Part shown: piece after piece, positions 62,898-64,000 of the stretch
Numbering within the stretch: the first letter of the stretch is position 1
Layout of the letters: the number at the start of each line of letters is the position of its first letter
Assembly (NCBI GenBank): GCA_963758295.1
Contig: CAVWUU010000004.1
Span: 64,001 to 128,000 of the forward strand
DNA: 64,000 bases
Reading direction: 5' to 3'
Source of the DNA: Candidatus Eremiobacteria bacterium
GTDB lineage: Bacteria; Vulcanimicrobiota; Vulcanimicrobiia; Vulcanimicrobiales; Vulcanimicrobiaceae
Position numbers and translations under genes: made by a program
Notes under the pieces: model-generated
Database searches by the model: none
What the model saw: the letters and a program-made list of their open reading frames with translations, nothing else
What the model was told of the DNA's origin: nothing

Positions 62898-64000
62898 CGC
62901 CGAACTCAGATCTTCGAGCAGATCGTCCGCGTCTTCGATTCCAACGGAAAGCCGTAGCAGACCGTCGGTTACACCGCGGCGTTCGCGGTCTTCTTTCGGA
63001 ATGGATCCGTGCGTCATGCGCGCGGGATGACAGATCAACGACTCGACGCCGCCCAAGCTTTCCGCCAGGCTGAAGTACTTCAACCGGTTCGCGAAATCGA
63101 GCGCACGCGCTTGCGGCCCTTTTAACACGAACGAGACCATGCCGCCGAAGCCCGACATCTGCCGCTTCGCGAGTTCGTGCTGCGGGTGCGAAGCCAAGCC
63201 GGGATAGTAGACGCGATCCACTTCCGGATGCGCTTCGAGAAACTCTGCAACCGCTTGCGCGTTGGTGGCGTGTTCGCGCATGCGAAGCGCAAGCGTCTTT
63301 GCGCCACGCATCGTGAGCCATGCATCATGCGGTCCCGGCACGCCGCCGACCGCGTTCTGATGAAACTTGATGATGCCGGCCATTTCCGGATCGTTCGTAA
63401 TCGCTACGCCGCCGACGACGTCGCTGTGACCGCCGATGTACTTCGTCGTTGAATGAACGACAATGTCGGCGCCAAGCGAAAGCGGCTGCTGGAAATACGG
63501 CGATGCGAACGTGTTATCGACGACAACGGTCGCGTTCGGGCTGACTCCGCGACGCAGCGCGGACACGGCTTTGATATCGATGAGTTTGAGCAGCGGATTG
63601 GTCGGCGTCTCGATCCAAAACAGTTTCGTGTTGGGACGAATCGCCGCGCGCACGGCATCGATGTCGCTCATGTCGACGTACGTGAATTCTAGCCCGTACC
63701 GCTCTAGCACCCGTGTGAAGAGCCGGTAGGTGCCTCCGTAGAGATCGTCCGTGACGACGGCGTGATCGCCGGCAGAAAGTAGATTCAACACGGCGGCCGT
63801 CGCCGCCATGCCGCTCGCAAAGGCATAACCGTACTCGGCATTTTCAAGCGACGCGAGTTGCTTTTCCAGCGCGAGGCGCGTGGGATTAATCGTGCGGCTG
63901 TAGTCAAAGCCCTTATGTTCGCCGACGGATTCTTGGGTGTACGTCGAGGTCTGGTACACGGGGACGATCGTCGCGCCCGTCGCCGGATCGGCTTCCTGGC
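62856..64000 (-). CDS. metB: Cystathionine gamma-synthase/gamma-lyase, 5' truncated by window edge
   Basis: YSRTINPT, ETPTNP, VVDNTF, HSTTKYIGGHSD, AESLGGVES. Confidence 0.92.
   Translation of the reverse strand, partial: QEADPATGATIVPVYQTSTYTQESVGEHKGFDYSRTINPTRLALEKQLASLENAEYGYAFASGMAATAAVLNLLSAGDHAVVTDDLYGGTYRLFTRVLERYGLEFTYVDMSDIDAVRAAIRPNTKLFWIETPTNPLLKLIDIKAVSALRRGVSPNATVVVDNTFASPYFQQPLSLGADIVVHSTTKYIGGHSDVVGGVAITNDPEMAGIIKFHQNAVGGVPGPHDAWLTMRGAKTLALRMREHATNAQAVAEFLEAHPEVDRVYYPGLASHPQHELAKRQMSGFGGMVSFVLKGPQARALDFANRLKYFSLAESLGGVESLICHPARMTHGSIPKEDRERRGVTDGLLRLSVGIEDADDLLEDLSSALLATERVADRAHV

Overview
GC-rich bacterial chromosomal segment of mostly housekeeping genes, with no CRISPR array, rRNA, transposase, integrase or phage genes seen. 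Gly/Pro/Thr-tethered S8/S53 lipoproteins together with Firmicutes-like synteny suggest Candidatus Eremiobacterota (Vulcanimicrobiota), but this is inference only. About 20 genes, including essential ones, carry single-base frame breaks that look like uncorrected long-read indels; they are annotated as intact CDS with approximate ends. Left to right: SDR/Zn-dehydrogenase cluster; three-subunit cobalt-type nitrile hydratase; two GT-C glycosyltransferases plus GtrA; glpX-lpd-nitrilase-nadE-sirC-cinA; S8 peptidase; a six-gene coupled operon metY/CoA-binding/LuxE-like/LuxC-like/class III aminotransferase/Gfo-Idh-MocA with no luciferase; leuCD; S53 sedolisin with a partner lipoprotein; rpmE, a PemK/MazF toxin-antitoxin pair and prfA-prmC-pyrG; HIT-rpsU-yqeY-nfeD-floA-phoH-ybeY-dgkA-hlyC-cdd-recO-ruvX-mltG; five tRNAs with tadA; M20 amidohydrolase; an SRPBCC gene behind NrdR-like boxes; a CIRCE-controlled FmdB gene; aroA; tRNA-Leu; a GH35-like glycosidase; esterase; metB. 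Best candidates for new biology: the luciferase-free LuxE/LuxC plus transaminase operon, NrdR boxes on a non-RNR gene, the TA module placed in front of prfA, the split nitrile hydratase, and a sense plus antisense copy of the tRNA-Ser(CGA) 3' end.
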